Below are positions 37,441 through 46,756 of a stretch of DNA of 64,000 bases, one piece after another (within the stretch, counting starts at the first letter, position 1; every line of letters begins with the position of its first letter). Where the stretch lies: positions 656,298-720,297 of the forward strand of contig CP011213.1 in NCBI GenBank assembly GCA_001029735.1, given 5' to 3'. Origin of the DNA: Berkelbacteria bacterium GW2011_GWE1_39_12 (GTDB taxonomy: Bacteria; Patescibacteriota; UBA1384; UBA12157). The position numbers were made by a program, and so were the translations under genes. The notes under the pieces were generated by a model, which saw nothing but the letters and a program-made list of their open reading frames with translations, searched no databases and was not told where the DNA came from.

Positions 37441-38142
37441 ATGAAAATTGAAATACATCGGGTTTCGAAACAATTAAAGATACTTCGCGAACAAAAACAG
37501 CTAACTCAAGAAGAGCTAGCAAAGAGTTTGGGTGTTTCGCGTCAATCAATTATCGCTTTAGAGCAAGGAAAAAGTTTGCCTTCGCTACCTTTGGCTGTAG
37601 CTTTTTCAGAAATTTTCGAAACGCCATTTGAAGCTATTTTTTGTATCGAAGAAAAAATAAATAGTCATATTAATTTTAATGACCACGAGGAGGTGAGGAA
37701 TTTTATGTCCAATGATTTAAGTCCATGGTCCCCGATGCGCGAAGCAAGTCATCTTCATGAAGTAATAGATCGTCTTTTTGACGAAAACTGGCCGCAGGTT
37801 AAATCGCCGCAGTTACCAACAATGAATGTATATGAAAAAGACACTAACGTGGTGGTTGCTGCCGATGTGCCTGGTATTAAAGAAGAAGATCTATCTATCG
37901 AGGTCGGTGAAGATACATTGACCATTAGCGGAGAGAGAAAAACCGAAGAGGAAGTCAATGAAGAAGATTTTTATCGAAAAGAAGTAAGTACGGGTTCTTT
38001 CTCTAGAACTGTTCAGCTACCGGCTATTGTTGATAAAGAAAAGGCTGAAGCGGAAATTAAAGATGGTCAATTGATCGTTACTTTACCTAAAAAAGCAGCA
38101 GTTTCGCCAAAGATCACCAAAATTAAAGTCAAAAAGGCATAG
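37441..38142 (+). CDS. XRE-family HTH fused to Hsp20/alpha-crystallin domain
   Basis: LTQEELAKSLGVSRQSIIALEQGK; ADVPGIK..GSFSRTVQLP..DGQLIVTLPK; internal SD and ATG at 37705. Confidence 0.92.
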   Translation: MKIEIHRVSKQLKILREQKQLTQEELAKSLGVSRQSIIALEQGKSLPSLPLAVAFSEIFETPFEAIFCIEEKINSHINFNDHEEVRNFMSNDLSPWSPMREASHLHEVIDRLFDENWPQVKSPQLPTMNVYEKDTNVVVAADVPGIKEEDLSIEVGEDTLTISGERKTEEEVNEEDFYRKEVSTGSFSRTVQLPAIVDKEKAEAEIKDGQLIVTLPKKAAVSPKITKIKVKKA

Positions 38143-38148
38143 ACGCCG

Positions 38149-38177
38149 TTGACACAAATCCATTAACAGAGTATAAT
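38149..38177 (+). promoter_or_regulatory. Consensus sigma70 promoter of rpsP operon
   Basis: TTGACA-17-TATAAT. Confidence 0.85.
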
Positions 38178-38214
38178 TAATTTGTTAAATATATTCTGAA
38201 GGGAGATTTTTTTA

Positions 38215-38772
38215 ATGTTAGTTATTAGACTCCGTCGAACCGGTAAGAAACATGAACCAACCTATCGTATTGTTGTAACAGATCAGAGAAAATCTGTTTA
38301 TTCACCGTATGTTGAAATGCTTGGAACTTTTAATCCAAAAACCAAACAGGTGGTTATTGACAAAGAAAAAGCCATTGAATGGATGAAAAAAGGTGCCAAA
38401 CCTTCCCACACGGTCTCAAAAATCTTCGTCAAGGAAGAGATGAAGCATGACAGTATTGTTGTTAAAAAATTCCGTGCTATTTCTAAAAAAGAATTAGAAA
38501 GACAGAAAGCGGAAGATGAGGCTGAGAAAATTAAAGAGCAGGCTGAAAAAGAAGCAGCCAAAGAGGCTTTTGAAGCTCAAGTAGAACAAGAAAAGAAAGA
38601 AGCGCCGACTGAAGATCCGTTGCAGGCAGCTGCAGCTGAAGCTATTGCTGAAGATAAAGCAGAAGAAGCAGAAAAAGTAGAATCAGAAGTAAAGCCAGCT
38701 GAAAAGGAAGAAGAGACAAAGCCAGTCGAAAAGCCTGTAGAAGCTGAAAAGCCAGCTGACGAAAAAGCTTAA
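38215..38772 (+). CDS. rpsP: 30S ribosomal protein S16 with acidic C-terminal extension
   Basis: MLVIRLRRTGKKHEPTYRIVV, GAKPS.TV. Confidence 0.95.
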   Translation: MLVIRLRRTGKKHEPTYRIVVTDQRKSVYSPYVEMLGTFNPKTKQVVIDKEKAIEWMKKGAKPSHTVSKIFVKEEMKHDSIVVKKFRAISKKELERQKAEDEAEKIKEQAEKEAAKEAFEAQVEQEKKEAPTEDPLQAAAAEAIAEDKAEEAEKVESEVKPAEKEEETKPVEKPVEAEKPADEKA

Positions 38773-38776
38773 TTTT

Positions 38777-38870
38777 CGAAATATGGTCAACTGAATGCAT
38801 ATTGACGCAGAATTTCTAACGAAATATGGTCAAAAGAATGCATATTGACGCCGAATTTCTTACGAAATAT
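38777..38870. repeat. 43-bp imperfect tandem repeat (2.2 copies)
   Basis: CGAAATATGGTCAA..GAATGCATATTGACGC.GAATTTCT.A twice. Confidence 0.9.
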
Positions 38871-38952
38871 AATGAAATTGTAGCAAATAGAGTAATTGAA
38901 GGCAGTAACGCAAATTGGTCGAGTTGCTGCTAAAGTAATCGGAGGAGTTGCA

Positions 38953-39297
38953 ATGAACGAAAACGCAGATCAAGCATTTGTTGAAACAGTTGTCAAAGCC
39001 ATTGTAGATCACCCAGACGATGTCAAAACCAATCGATCAGTTGATGAAATGGGAGTTTTAATCGAGCTCACCGTTAATCCTGAAGATATGGGCAAGATTA
39101 TCGGCAAAGAGGGTCGCACGGCAAAGTCAATTCGAACCCTTCTTCGTGTCTTGGGCGCAAAGAATAATGCCCGCGTCAACTTGAAGATCATCGAACCAGA
39201 AGGTGGAAAAGAAGTAAAGGCCACAGAAGAGACTCCAGCTGAATCGCCTGCAGAAGAAAAATCCCTTGAAGAGGGTCAGGCTACAGAAGTAGTCTAA
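38953..39297 (+). CDS. khpA: KH-domain RNA-binding protein KhpA
   Basis: DMGKIIGKEGRTAKSIRTLL; between rpsP and trmD; GGAGG SD. Confidence 0.9.
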   Translation: MNENADQAFVETVVKAIVDHPDDVKTNRSVDEMGVLIELTVNPEDMGKIIGKEGRTAKSIRTLLRVLGAKNNARVNLKIIEPEGGKEVKATEETPAESPAEEKSLEEGQATEVV

Positions 39298-39398
39298 GTA
39301 TAGCTTAAATATTGTTATCAAAGGACCGCCGCAGTCCTTTCTGACGAGTTTTTCTCGCTCGGAAAAGATTGAAGGCGGTCTTTTGTTAGAAGGAATAA

Positions 39399-40064
39399 AT
39401 GAAATTCAAAATAATCTCAACTCAGCCACAGATTTATGATTCGTTTTTAACAACGGGTCTAATTTCTCGTGGTATCAATAAAAAAATAATCGAAATTGAA
39501 CTCTATAACCTGCATGATTTTGCCTTTGATAAGCACAAATCAATTGACGACTCTCCTTATGGCGGTGGTGCTGGCATGGTCTTGCGCGTTGATGTTGTCA
39601 GTAATGCCATTAAGAAACTAAAAGGTAGAAAGAAAATAAAAACTATTTTACTCACACCTCAGGGAAAGGTCTTTAATCAAGCTGACGCAAGAAGACTGGC
39701 AAAGGAAAAAGAGCTTATTTTTATCGCTGGTCGTTTTGAGGGTTATGATGAAAGGATTAGAAATCTTGTTGATGAGGAAATCTCGGTTGGTGATTTTGTG
39801 CTTACTTCCGGCGACTTACCAACTATGACGATAATTGATTCAACTTCCCGTCATGTACCCGGATTTATCGAAAAGGAAGCATCGATTCAGGAGGAATCAT
39901 TTGTAGAGAATTTACTTGAGTATCCGCAGTATACCCGCCCCGAAGTCTTTAATGACGAAAAAGTGCCGGAAGTACTACTTTCTGGAAATCATGCGGTGAT
40001 TGCAAAATGGCGCAAAGAAAAACAATTAGAAAAAACAAAAAAACGACGACCTGAGCTTTTGTGA
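39399..40064 (+). CDS. trmD: tRNA (guanine37-N1)-methyltransferase
   Basis: DDSPYGGGAGMV, GRFEGYDER, LEYPQYTRP, LLSGNH. Confidence 0.97.
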   Translation: MKFKIISTQPQIYDSFLTTGLISRGINKKIIEIELYNLHDFAFDKHKSIDDSPYGGGAGMVLRVDVVSNAIKKLKGRKKIKTILLTPQGKVFNQADARRLAKEKELIFIAGRFEGYDERIRNLVDEEISVGDFVLTSGDLPTMTIIDSTSRHVPGFIEKEASIQEESFVENLLEYPQYTRPEVFNDEKVPEVLLSGNHAVIAKWRKEKQLEKTKKRRPELL

Positions 40065-40098
40065 AAATACACAAAGACATAAACAAGGGCATTTGTTA

Positions 40099-40273
40099 AG
40101 ATGGGTTTGCCAAATCAGCATGAAGTAGGTGGGGGAAAGGGGGATAGTTCAACCTCAAATTCATGCTTTGAAGGCAAATTTGAACAAGAAGGGACTAATC
40201 AAAGTGTCCCATTTACCATCTCACGGCGTTTACGCTTCGTCGTGAAAAGCCCATGACATCGGCCATGGGCTTT
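40099..40273. ncRNA. Putative structured non-coding RNA
   Basis: Nested stems and terminator-like hairpin in the trmD-rplY intergenic region. Confidence 0.4.
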
Positions 40274-40373
40274 GTTCATTATTAACCAATTCTTTCATTT
40301 GACTTTTACGGGTAAAAAAGGTACAATAATCTTACATTATCACAGCAATTTGTTAAAAATTTTGGAGAAAAAA

Positions 40374-41084
40374 GTGGAAAAAGTTATTTTAAAAGCAGAA
40401 AAAAGGGAAGTTTTGGGCAAAAAAGTTCAAAGCTTAAGAAATAACGGACTAGTTCCGGTTGTTTTGTATGGCAAGGATTTTGATAATCTGAGTTTATCGG
40501 TTGCAAAAAATGAATTTGAAAAAATTCTAGAAAAAGCCGGAACCTCTACTATTGTTGATCTTGAAGTTGATGGAGAAGGCAATCACAAGATTTTACTTCA
40601 TGAACCACAATACGATGCAGTTACTGGACAAATACTTCACGCGGATTTTTACAAAGTTAATATGAAAGAAAAAATTCACACTGAAATTCCATTAGAATTT
40701 GTTGGTGTTTCTGCTGCCGTTGCTGATTTAGAAGGCAACTTAATTATCAATAAAGATGCTTTAGAAGTTGAGTGTTTGCCGGATGCTTTGGTTAATCGAA
40801 TTGAAGTTGATATTACGGCTTTGAAAACATTTGAAGACTCAATTAAAATTAGTGATTTAAATATCCCTGAAGGCATAGAGATCTCAGCTGATCCAGAAGA
40901 AGTAGTTGTATTAGTTACTGCTCCACGATCAGAAGAAGAACTTGAAGCGATGGAAGGCGAAGCCGCGGCAGATGCAGAAAAAGCTCAGATCGAAAATATT
41001 GAAGCTGCTTCAGCGGCAGAAAAGGCTGAAAAAGAAACTGAAGAAGGTGCTGACGAATCTACTCCAACTGAAAAGAATGAATAA
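40374..41084 (+). CDS. rplY: 50S ribosomal protein L25/Ctc
   Basis: LRNNGLVPVVLYG, ILHADFY, C-terminal Ctc domain. Confidence 0.93.
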   Translation: MEKVILKAEKREVLGKKVQSLRNNGLVPVVLYGKDFDNLSLSVAKNEFEKILEKAGTSTIVDLEVDGEGNHKILLHEPQYDAVTGQILHADFYKVNMKEKIHTEIPLEFVGVSAAVADLEGNLIINKDALEVECLPDALVNRIEVDITALKTFEDSIKISDLNIPEGIEISADPEEVVVLVTAPRSEEELEAMEGEAAADAEKAQIENIEAASAAEKAEKETEEGADESTPTEKNE

Positions 41085-42117
41085 AACATATTACTTACTA
41101 ACATTTGGTTGCCAAATGAACGTAAGTGATTCGCAAAGAATCGAATCAAAATTAAGTGATTTAGATTACAAACCAGCCTCTGAAAAAGAGGCTGGTTTGG
41201 TAATTATCAACGCCTGTTCAGTTAGGCAACATGCCGTTGATCGGATTTGGGGTCATTTTAAAAAATGGGCCGATCAAGACAAAAAGCAAATTCTGGTCAC
41301 CGGCTGTGTAATTAAAAAAGACCGCAGTGTTTTTCGTGGCAAAAACGTCGCCTTTTTTGATATTAAAGATTTAAACAATTTAGATAAAGTTCTTGCCGGA
41401 TTTACACACAAAGAAGATGAAAAGTTTGAGTATTTTTCAATTATGCCAAAGTTGTCTGGTAAAATAGCGTATATTCCAATAATGACAGGTTGTAATAATT
41501 TTTGTTCTTACTGCGCCGTCCCATATACACGAGGCAGAGAAGTCTCTCGTCCAATTGAAGAGATATTAACAGAAGCCAGAGCAGTCCTTGAAAGCGGCTA
41601 CAAAGAGATTTTATTACTGGGACAGAATGTAAATAGCTACGAATATGATTTTGCAAAACTACTAATAGCAATAGATATGATCCCTGGTGATTTTAAGTTT
41701 AATTTTATGTCTTCGAATCCACATGATATGACTGACAATATTGTGAAAACATTTGGAAAGTTAAAAAAATGGCCGAACGAACTACATATTGCAATGCAAT
41801 CAGGTGACGATGAAATATTAAAAAAAATGAATCGAAAATATAACTCAGAAGAATTTTTTAGTTTAATTAAAAAGATTAAAGAGCAGGTCCCTGATGTTAA
41901 GTTGTCGACGGATATTATTGTTGGATTTCCCGGAGAGACCAAAGAGTTGTTTTTAAATACTTTAAATATTTGCAAAAAAATCAGCTTTTATAAGGCATAC
42001 ATATTTAAGTACTCGCCACGTTTGGGTACGGTTTCAGCCAAAATGTCGGATGATGTTAGTGATGAAGAAAAGAAAAGACGCTTTGAAGAGTTAGATCAGC
42101 TAATAAACAAAAGATAA
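41077..42117 (+). CDS. miaB: MiaB-like radical SAM methylthiotransferase (no TRAM domain)
   Basis: TFGCQMNVSDS, CNNFCSYC.VPYTRGRE.SR, TDIIVGFPGET. Confidence 0.88.
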   Translation: MNKTYYLLTFGCQMNVSDSQRIESKLSDLDYKPASEKEAGLVIINACSVRQHAVDRIWGHFKKWADQDKKQILVTGCVIKKDRSVFRGKNVAFFDIKDLNNLDKVLAGFTHKEDEKFEYFSIMPKLSGKIAYIPIMTGCNNFCSYCAVPYTRGREVSRPIEEILTEARAVLESGYKEILLLGQNVNSYEYDFAKLLIAIDMIPGDFKFNFMSSNPHDMTDNIVKTFGKLKKWPNELHIAMQSGDDEILKKMNRKYNSEEFFSLIKKIKEQVPDVKLSTDIIVGFPGETKELFLNTLNICKKISFYKAYIFKYSPRLGTVSAKMSDDVSDEEKKRRFEELDQLINKR

Positions 42118-42120
42118 ATT

Positions 42121-43911
42121 CTAATTAACCCGAACTTGGAACTTTAAATTGATTCCGTTTCCCGGATTGGGCGCCATACTTGACCAAGTAATAGCATTGC
42201 GTGCAGGATCATAAACTCCCATACCTGTTGCGGAATTGGGAACGTAGGTTGTACCATTTGGTATTTCGTCTGTAATAGAGAGTTTTTTTAACACTCCACT
42301 GGTTGTATTGTTGTAAGTTATTGTGTAAGTGATGATTTGACCAGAACTTGATTCTAATCTATCGGCTGATTTTATAATAACTTGTTTTTTAACCAAAATT
42401 TCGGTTGGCGACAAGGAATTAATAGCGACGTTTTTTATTACCATTCCTAAATCGTTAAAATAGTAGTCATAACCTTCGGGTGCATAGAGTTTGAGATTAG
42501 TGCTTTCCATATTTGGCAGTAAAACATCAGTTGCAAATGCACTTTGGTTATTTACTAATATGTTTACTTGCGTATTTTTTAACCAATTATATATTGGCCT
42601 GGGTATAAAAGAGGAGTCTTGATCGTATTGACCATTACGCATAATTCCGTATCCGTAATCATCAATTTGCTGGGCGTTTTTGAGGATATAGTTTGCTGGC
42701 AGTGCTGGTAATACAGCTCCCGGGCATAAATTTTGTGGGTCTGACTGATTGTTGTTGTAATCAGAACATTCGTTTGCATTAGTGCCATGAAATTGGTAAA
42801 TTATTGCCTTTTGAAAGACCGATGAGGTTATGTTCTCTAGTATCCTTTGACTTAATGTTTTACAATTTTCATAATCAAAACCATCAGAATCGTAAATTAA
42901 TTTACCCTCGGCATTTTTAGGGAGATCGGTCCACTTACATTCCGCGGGGTCGTCGCTTGTATTTGTGGGCGTGTTCCATGTTCTGGGGTAACCTAGAGCC
43001 GTCTGAATTTCTCCGGCATCAAGTCCGATAGCAGTTGTCCAAAGGGGTTTTCCATAATCATAATTTTGATCCATTATCTGTCGAATTTCATTTCCTCGAT
43101 TTGTAAAATTTTTTCTAAATGTGTGAATATTGGCAATGTCAAACCAGCGCCTGCCACTCCCACCGGCACCGTCGTAGATGCCTTGTATAAAATTGTCTCC
43201 TTCCATTTGCAATTGATCAGCAGGGTAATCGAGACCTCCCATAATAACTAACGCTTGTGGATTTGAAATTTTTATTGTGCTATAGGCATTAGAGAGCATG
43301 CCAGCATAGTTAACACCCATGTCATGTAGTGAAAGGCCGTTGTATTCACCAAAAAGATCTGTTGAGCCGTTTCTCACATCCATTCCACTCCAGAGCTCCC
43401 AGTATGTAACCTGTGGAAATTGCTTTGCCATATCCCCGGCAAAAGCAGCAAAGTGTTTGTAGGTATTGTAGCGGTTTTCATAATTAACGTTAGTAGGGCA
43501 GTGGTCTTTGATGCAAAGAATATTAACAATTGGTTCCACTTGTTTATTCTTCATTGTTTGAATTTTATTTTGCCATTCCGTAATTTTTTCTGGCCGATAA
43601 ACTCCTGGGCTTGATTCTATGTCATTCCAGTCCATCGTCGTTTCGACCATTCTTATGCCTAGCGGTTTTACTGAATTGAGTGCATTAGTGTTGCCGGCAT
43701 CTGAAATTTGGATTCCTGTTTCGGGGCGTTTATCCCAAATCCATAGTTTCAAGTAATTTGAATTAACTTCATCGTAACTTTTTATTTGGACTGAGTAATC
43801 TTTGCTGTGATCATCTTGAGCGTAGGTTTTTTTAATATCAAAATTTGACAAATTAAAAACCGAGGAATATATAATTCCAATAATTATTATTGTCCTTAGT
43901 AACCTTGTCAT
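42121..43911 (-). CDS. Secreted GH-A clan (GH5/GH39-like) protein with C-terminal DUF11; catalytic Glu residues absent
   Basis: W..IE..PG.Y, YWELWSG, FDIANIH, KPLWTTA; ITYTITY.N..ITDEIPNG. Confidence 0.75.
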   Translation of the reverse strand: MTRLLRTIIIIGIIYSSVFNLSNFDIKKTYAQDDHSKDYSVQIKSYDEVNSNYLKLWIWDKRPETGIQISDAGNTNALNSVKPLGIRMVETTMDWNDIESSPGVYRPEKITEWQNKIQTMKNKQVEPIVNILCIKDHCPTNVNYENRYNTYKHFAAFAGDMAKQFPQVTYWELWSGMDVRNGSTDLFGEYNGLSLHDMGVNYAGMLSNAYSTIKISNPQALVIMGGLDYPADQLQMEGDNFIQGIYDGAGGSGRRWFDIANIHTFRKNFTNRGNEIRQIMDQNYDYGKPLWTTAIGLDAGEIQTALGYPRTWNTPTNTSDDPAECKWTDLPKNAEGKLIYDSDGFDYENCKTLSQRILENITSSVFQKAIIYQFHGTNANECSDYNNNQSDPQNLCPGAVLPALPANYILKNAQQIDDYGYGIMRNGQYDQDSSFIPRPIYNWLKNTQVNILVNNQSAFATDVLLPNMESTNLKLYAPEGYDYYFNDLGMVIKNVAINSLSPTEILVKKQVIIKSADRLESSSGQIITYTITYNNTTSGVLKKLSITDEIPNGTTYVPNSATGMGVYDPARNAITWSSMAPNPGNGINLKFQVRVN

Positions 43912-43927
43912 CTCCCTCCTTTGTCTC

Positions 43928-45667
43928 CTAACAAGTTTTTTCGTCTAAGATTTCAATAAGTTCTGAGATTTTTTGCGTAACTAATTCTTTGGTTCCACGA
44001 GTTCTAATGGTAATGGTTTGATCGTTTTCTTCTTTATCGCCCAGAACGATTGTATAAGGAGTTTTTTTAATTTCAGCCTCGCGAATTCTTTTGCCGAGCG
44101 ATTCGTTACGGCTGTCAATTTCCACTCTAAATGCCGCCAGTTCTTTCGCGACTTTTTTGGCATATTCGTTGTGCACTTCGGCGACTGGAATAATTGTGAT
44201 TTGTGTTGGAGAAAGCCAGAATGGAAAAGCTCCGGCAAAGTGTTCGATGAGTAATGCTATAAATCTTTCGTAAGAGCCAAGAATTGCACGATGCACCATC
44301 ACCGGCGAGATTGATTCGTTATTCTCGTCAGTATAGGTTAATTCGAATCTTTTTGGTGTGGCAAAGTCCAGTTGAACTGTTGGAATTTGTACATCTCTTC
44401 CCATAGCATCCTTAAACATAAAATCAAGTTTAGGACCATATAGAGCAGCTTCACCTTCATGTTTTATGGCCCCCAGCTCCATCTCATTCGAAATTTCCTC
44501 AAGCATCCTTTCGGCATGATCCCAATCTTCTTTTGTTCCAATATATTTCTCTGGATGATCGTAATCTCTTACCGACAAAGAAACTTTATGATTTCCCCAC
44601 ATACCAATTTCTGAATAAAAATCTTTAATGATTTTTACCATATTCATAACTTCTTCTTTGACTTGGTCAATGCGGCAAAAAGAGTGGCCATCTTCTACTG
44701 TGATAGCAAAAACACGAGACAAGCCGCCGACTTCACCCGTTTTTTCAGCACGATATTGTTTATCTGATTCCATATAACGAATTGGCAGGTCTTTGTATGA
44801 CCTCATTTTTGAGGCGTAAATTTGAGTTTGATGAGGGCATTGAACTGGCTTTAAAACAAAGTTTAACCCGCCTTGCGAACTTACGCGAAAAAGTTCATCG
44901 CCGAACTTATCGGCGTGCCCAGATATCTTGAAAAGGTCAATTTTTGCTAAAGACGGGCAGCTTACTTTTTGGAAACCATATTGCCGGCAAATCTTTTCGA
45001 CTTTCTTTTGTAATTCATCCTTAATAATTGTACCCTTTGGAGTATAAAGTGGGAGTCCTGGCCCAACCAAATCTGAAAAAACGAAAAGATCAAGCTCCTT
45101 TCCTAATTTTCTATGGTCCCGTTTTTCCGCTTCGATCATCATCTCTTCATATTGTTTTAATTCGTCTTTGGTTTGGAAACACGCGCCGTAGATTCTTTGG
45201 AGCATTTTATTTTCTTCGCTGCCGCGCCAGTAGGCGCCTGCAATTTTTGTCAATTTCCAGCCTGCATTTTCCAATTCTTTAGTCGATTTGATGTGAGGAC
45301 CTTTGCATAAATCAACAAAGTTTCCAGTTTTATAAAAAGTAATTTCGTCAGCTGGCAAATCTTTAACTAATTCTAGCTTGTAATCTTGGCCGGCTTTTTC
45401 TAATAATTCTTTAGCTTTATTTAATTCGACCTCTTCTTTCTCGAAAGGTAAATCTTGTTTTATTAAGGCCTTCATCTTTTCTTCAATCAGTGGTAGGTCT
45501 TCAGGTATAAGAGTACGAGGCAGATCGAAGTCGTAATAAAAGCCATTGTCTACTGCTGGCCCGACTCCAAGTTTTGCTTCTGGGAACATTTCTAAGATGG
45601 CAGCGGCTAACAGATGAGCGCATGAGTGACGTAAAGTATCTAATCGGTTGTTTTTTTCATTTGACAT
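43928..45667 (-). CDS. thrS: Threonine-tRNA ligase
   Basis: RHSCAHLL, DLCKGPH, RDHRKLG, YGPKLD, MVHRAILGS. Confidence 0.97.
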   Translation of the reverse strand: MSNEKNNRLDTLRHSCAHLLAAAILEMFPEAKLGVGPAVDNGFYYDFDLPRTLIPEDLPLIEEKMKALIKQDLPFEKEEVELNKAKELLEKAGQDYKLELVKDLPADEITFYKTGNFVDLCKGPHIKSTKELENAGWKLTKIAGAYWRGSEENKMLQRIYGACFQTKDELKQYEEMMIEAEKRDHRKLGKELDLFVFSDLVGPGLPLYTPKGTIIKDELQKKVEKICRQYGFQKVSCPSLAKIDLFKISGHADKFGDELFRVSSQGGLNFVLKPVQCPHQTQIYASKMRSYKDLPIRYMESDKQYRAEKTGEVGGLSRVFAITVEDGHSFCRIDQVKEEVMNMVKIIKDFYSEIGMWGNHKVSLSVRDYDHPEKYIGTKEDWDHAERMLEEISNEMELGAIKHEGEAALYGPKLDFMFKDAMGRDVQIPTVQLDFATPKRFELTYTDENNESISPVMVHRAILGSYERFIALLIEHFAGAFPFWLSPTQITIIPVAEVHNEYAKKVAKELAAFRVEIDSRNESLGKRIREAEIKKTPYTIVLGDKEENDQTITIRTRGTKELVTQKISELIEILDEKTC

Positions 45668-45790
45668 TTTTTTACTCCTGATAACATCTTATCTTAAAAA
45701 CAGGAGTATTACAAGATATAATCTTGATAAATGTTTAGTTTTCAGCTATAATGTTTTTGCGTTAAGACTATGCTGTTTTGGAGGAAATCT

Positions 45791-46036
45791 ATGTCCGAAG
45801 AATCGAGATATCCACAAGGGGAAGATGCCCTGGCTTTCACAGTCGACGATCTCCCCGTCAGTGACGAATCGAAGACAACGCTTACTGATTTCGGCATCGC
45901 CAATGTTGGCGATATTGTCCGAGTAGGAAAAACTGCCATTGACTCTCTAATCGGAGGAGAAGAGACGGAAAGAATCCACGACGTTACTCGTCAGATGGGC
46001 CTCGAGTCGGCCATTTCTAAACAAGAGCAAGCTTAG
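45791..46036 (+). CDS. Stand-alone RNA polymerase alpha-CTD-like small protein
   Basis: VDDLPVS...L...GI..VGDIV pattern; GGAGG SD. Confidence 0.6.
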   Translation: MSEESRYPQGEDALAFTVDDLPVSDESKTTLTDFGIANVGDIVRVGKTAIDSLIGGEETERIHDVTRQMGLESAISKQEQA

Positions 46037-46065
46037 AGACCAATCGTATTTACGGTGGTCTCTTT

Positions 46066-46743
46066 TTAAATTAACTTTTCGTTTTGGAGTAAAGCAATTA
46101 TTTCTTGATGAATGTCTTCAATCGTTCTTAGTTCGCCTTTTTTATTAATACAATTCAATCTGCGGACATGACTATAATGTTTTGAAAGCCAAAGATACTG
46201 CTTTTCAGCTTCAAATAAGTGATCTTTATTTGCTTCGTGAATGTCACGTTTTTTGGAAGTATAATTTCTTTTTTCTTTTTTATCAACAAGATCTTGAGTG
46301 AATTTGGTCGGCACATGCAAAAAAACTATGAGATCTTCTTTAGGAATTCCATTGGCAACATACTCTAACTCTTCATTCCATTTAATATATTTTTTGCGTT
46401 CTTTGGGCGGTAGATTTGCTGATTGATGGGCCATATTGGAAAAGGTATATCTGTTGGCAATAACGTGATGGCCCATTTTTAGATGTTTTTCAATGTCATT
46501 CTTAGCTCCTGCACGATCCATGGCGTAGGTAAGCGATACTAAATATGGGCTGGCTTGTTTTACATCTCCAAATTCACCGTTTAAATAGCGACCGACCATT
46601 TTTCCGAAAAAAGTTTCATAGCGAGGGAAATCAGCTAGAAAAACCTTCTTCTTTTTCTTTTTCAAATGATCGATCAGTAGCTTTACTTGAGTACCTTTGC
46701 CTGATCCGTCAGTTCCTTCTATGACGATAAACTTACCCTTCAT
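46066..46743 (-). CDS. tmk: Thymidylate kinase
   Basis: FIVIEGTDGSGKGTQ, FPRY, NRY..SN.AHQ. Confidence 0.92.
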   Translation of the reverse strand: MKGKFIVIEGTDGSGKGTQVKLLIDHLKKKKKKVFLADFPRYETFFGKMVGRYLNGEFGDVKQASPYLVSLTYAMDRAGAKNDIEKHLKMGHHVIANRYTFSNMAHQSANLPPKERKKYIKWNEELEYVANGIPKEDLIVFLHVPTKFTQDLVDKKEKRNYTSKKRDIHEANKDHLFEAEKQYLWLSKHYSHVRRLNCINKKGELRTIEDIHQEIIALLQNEKLI

Positions 46744-46756
46744 TTTATTCCTAAAT

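Noticed and set aside
38777-38870. Mini-CRISPR or TIGR-type guide array
   Set aside because: Only ~2 units, no variable spacer segments, and no Cas or Nop-domain gene nearby
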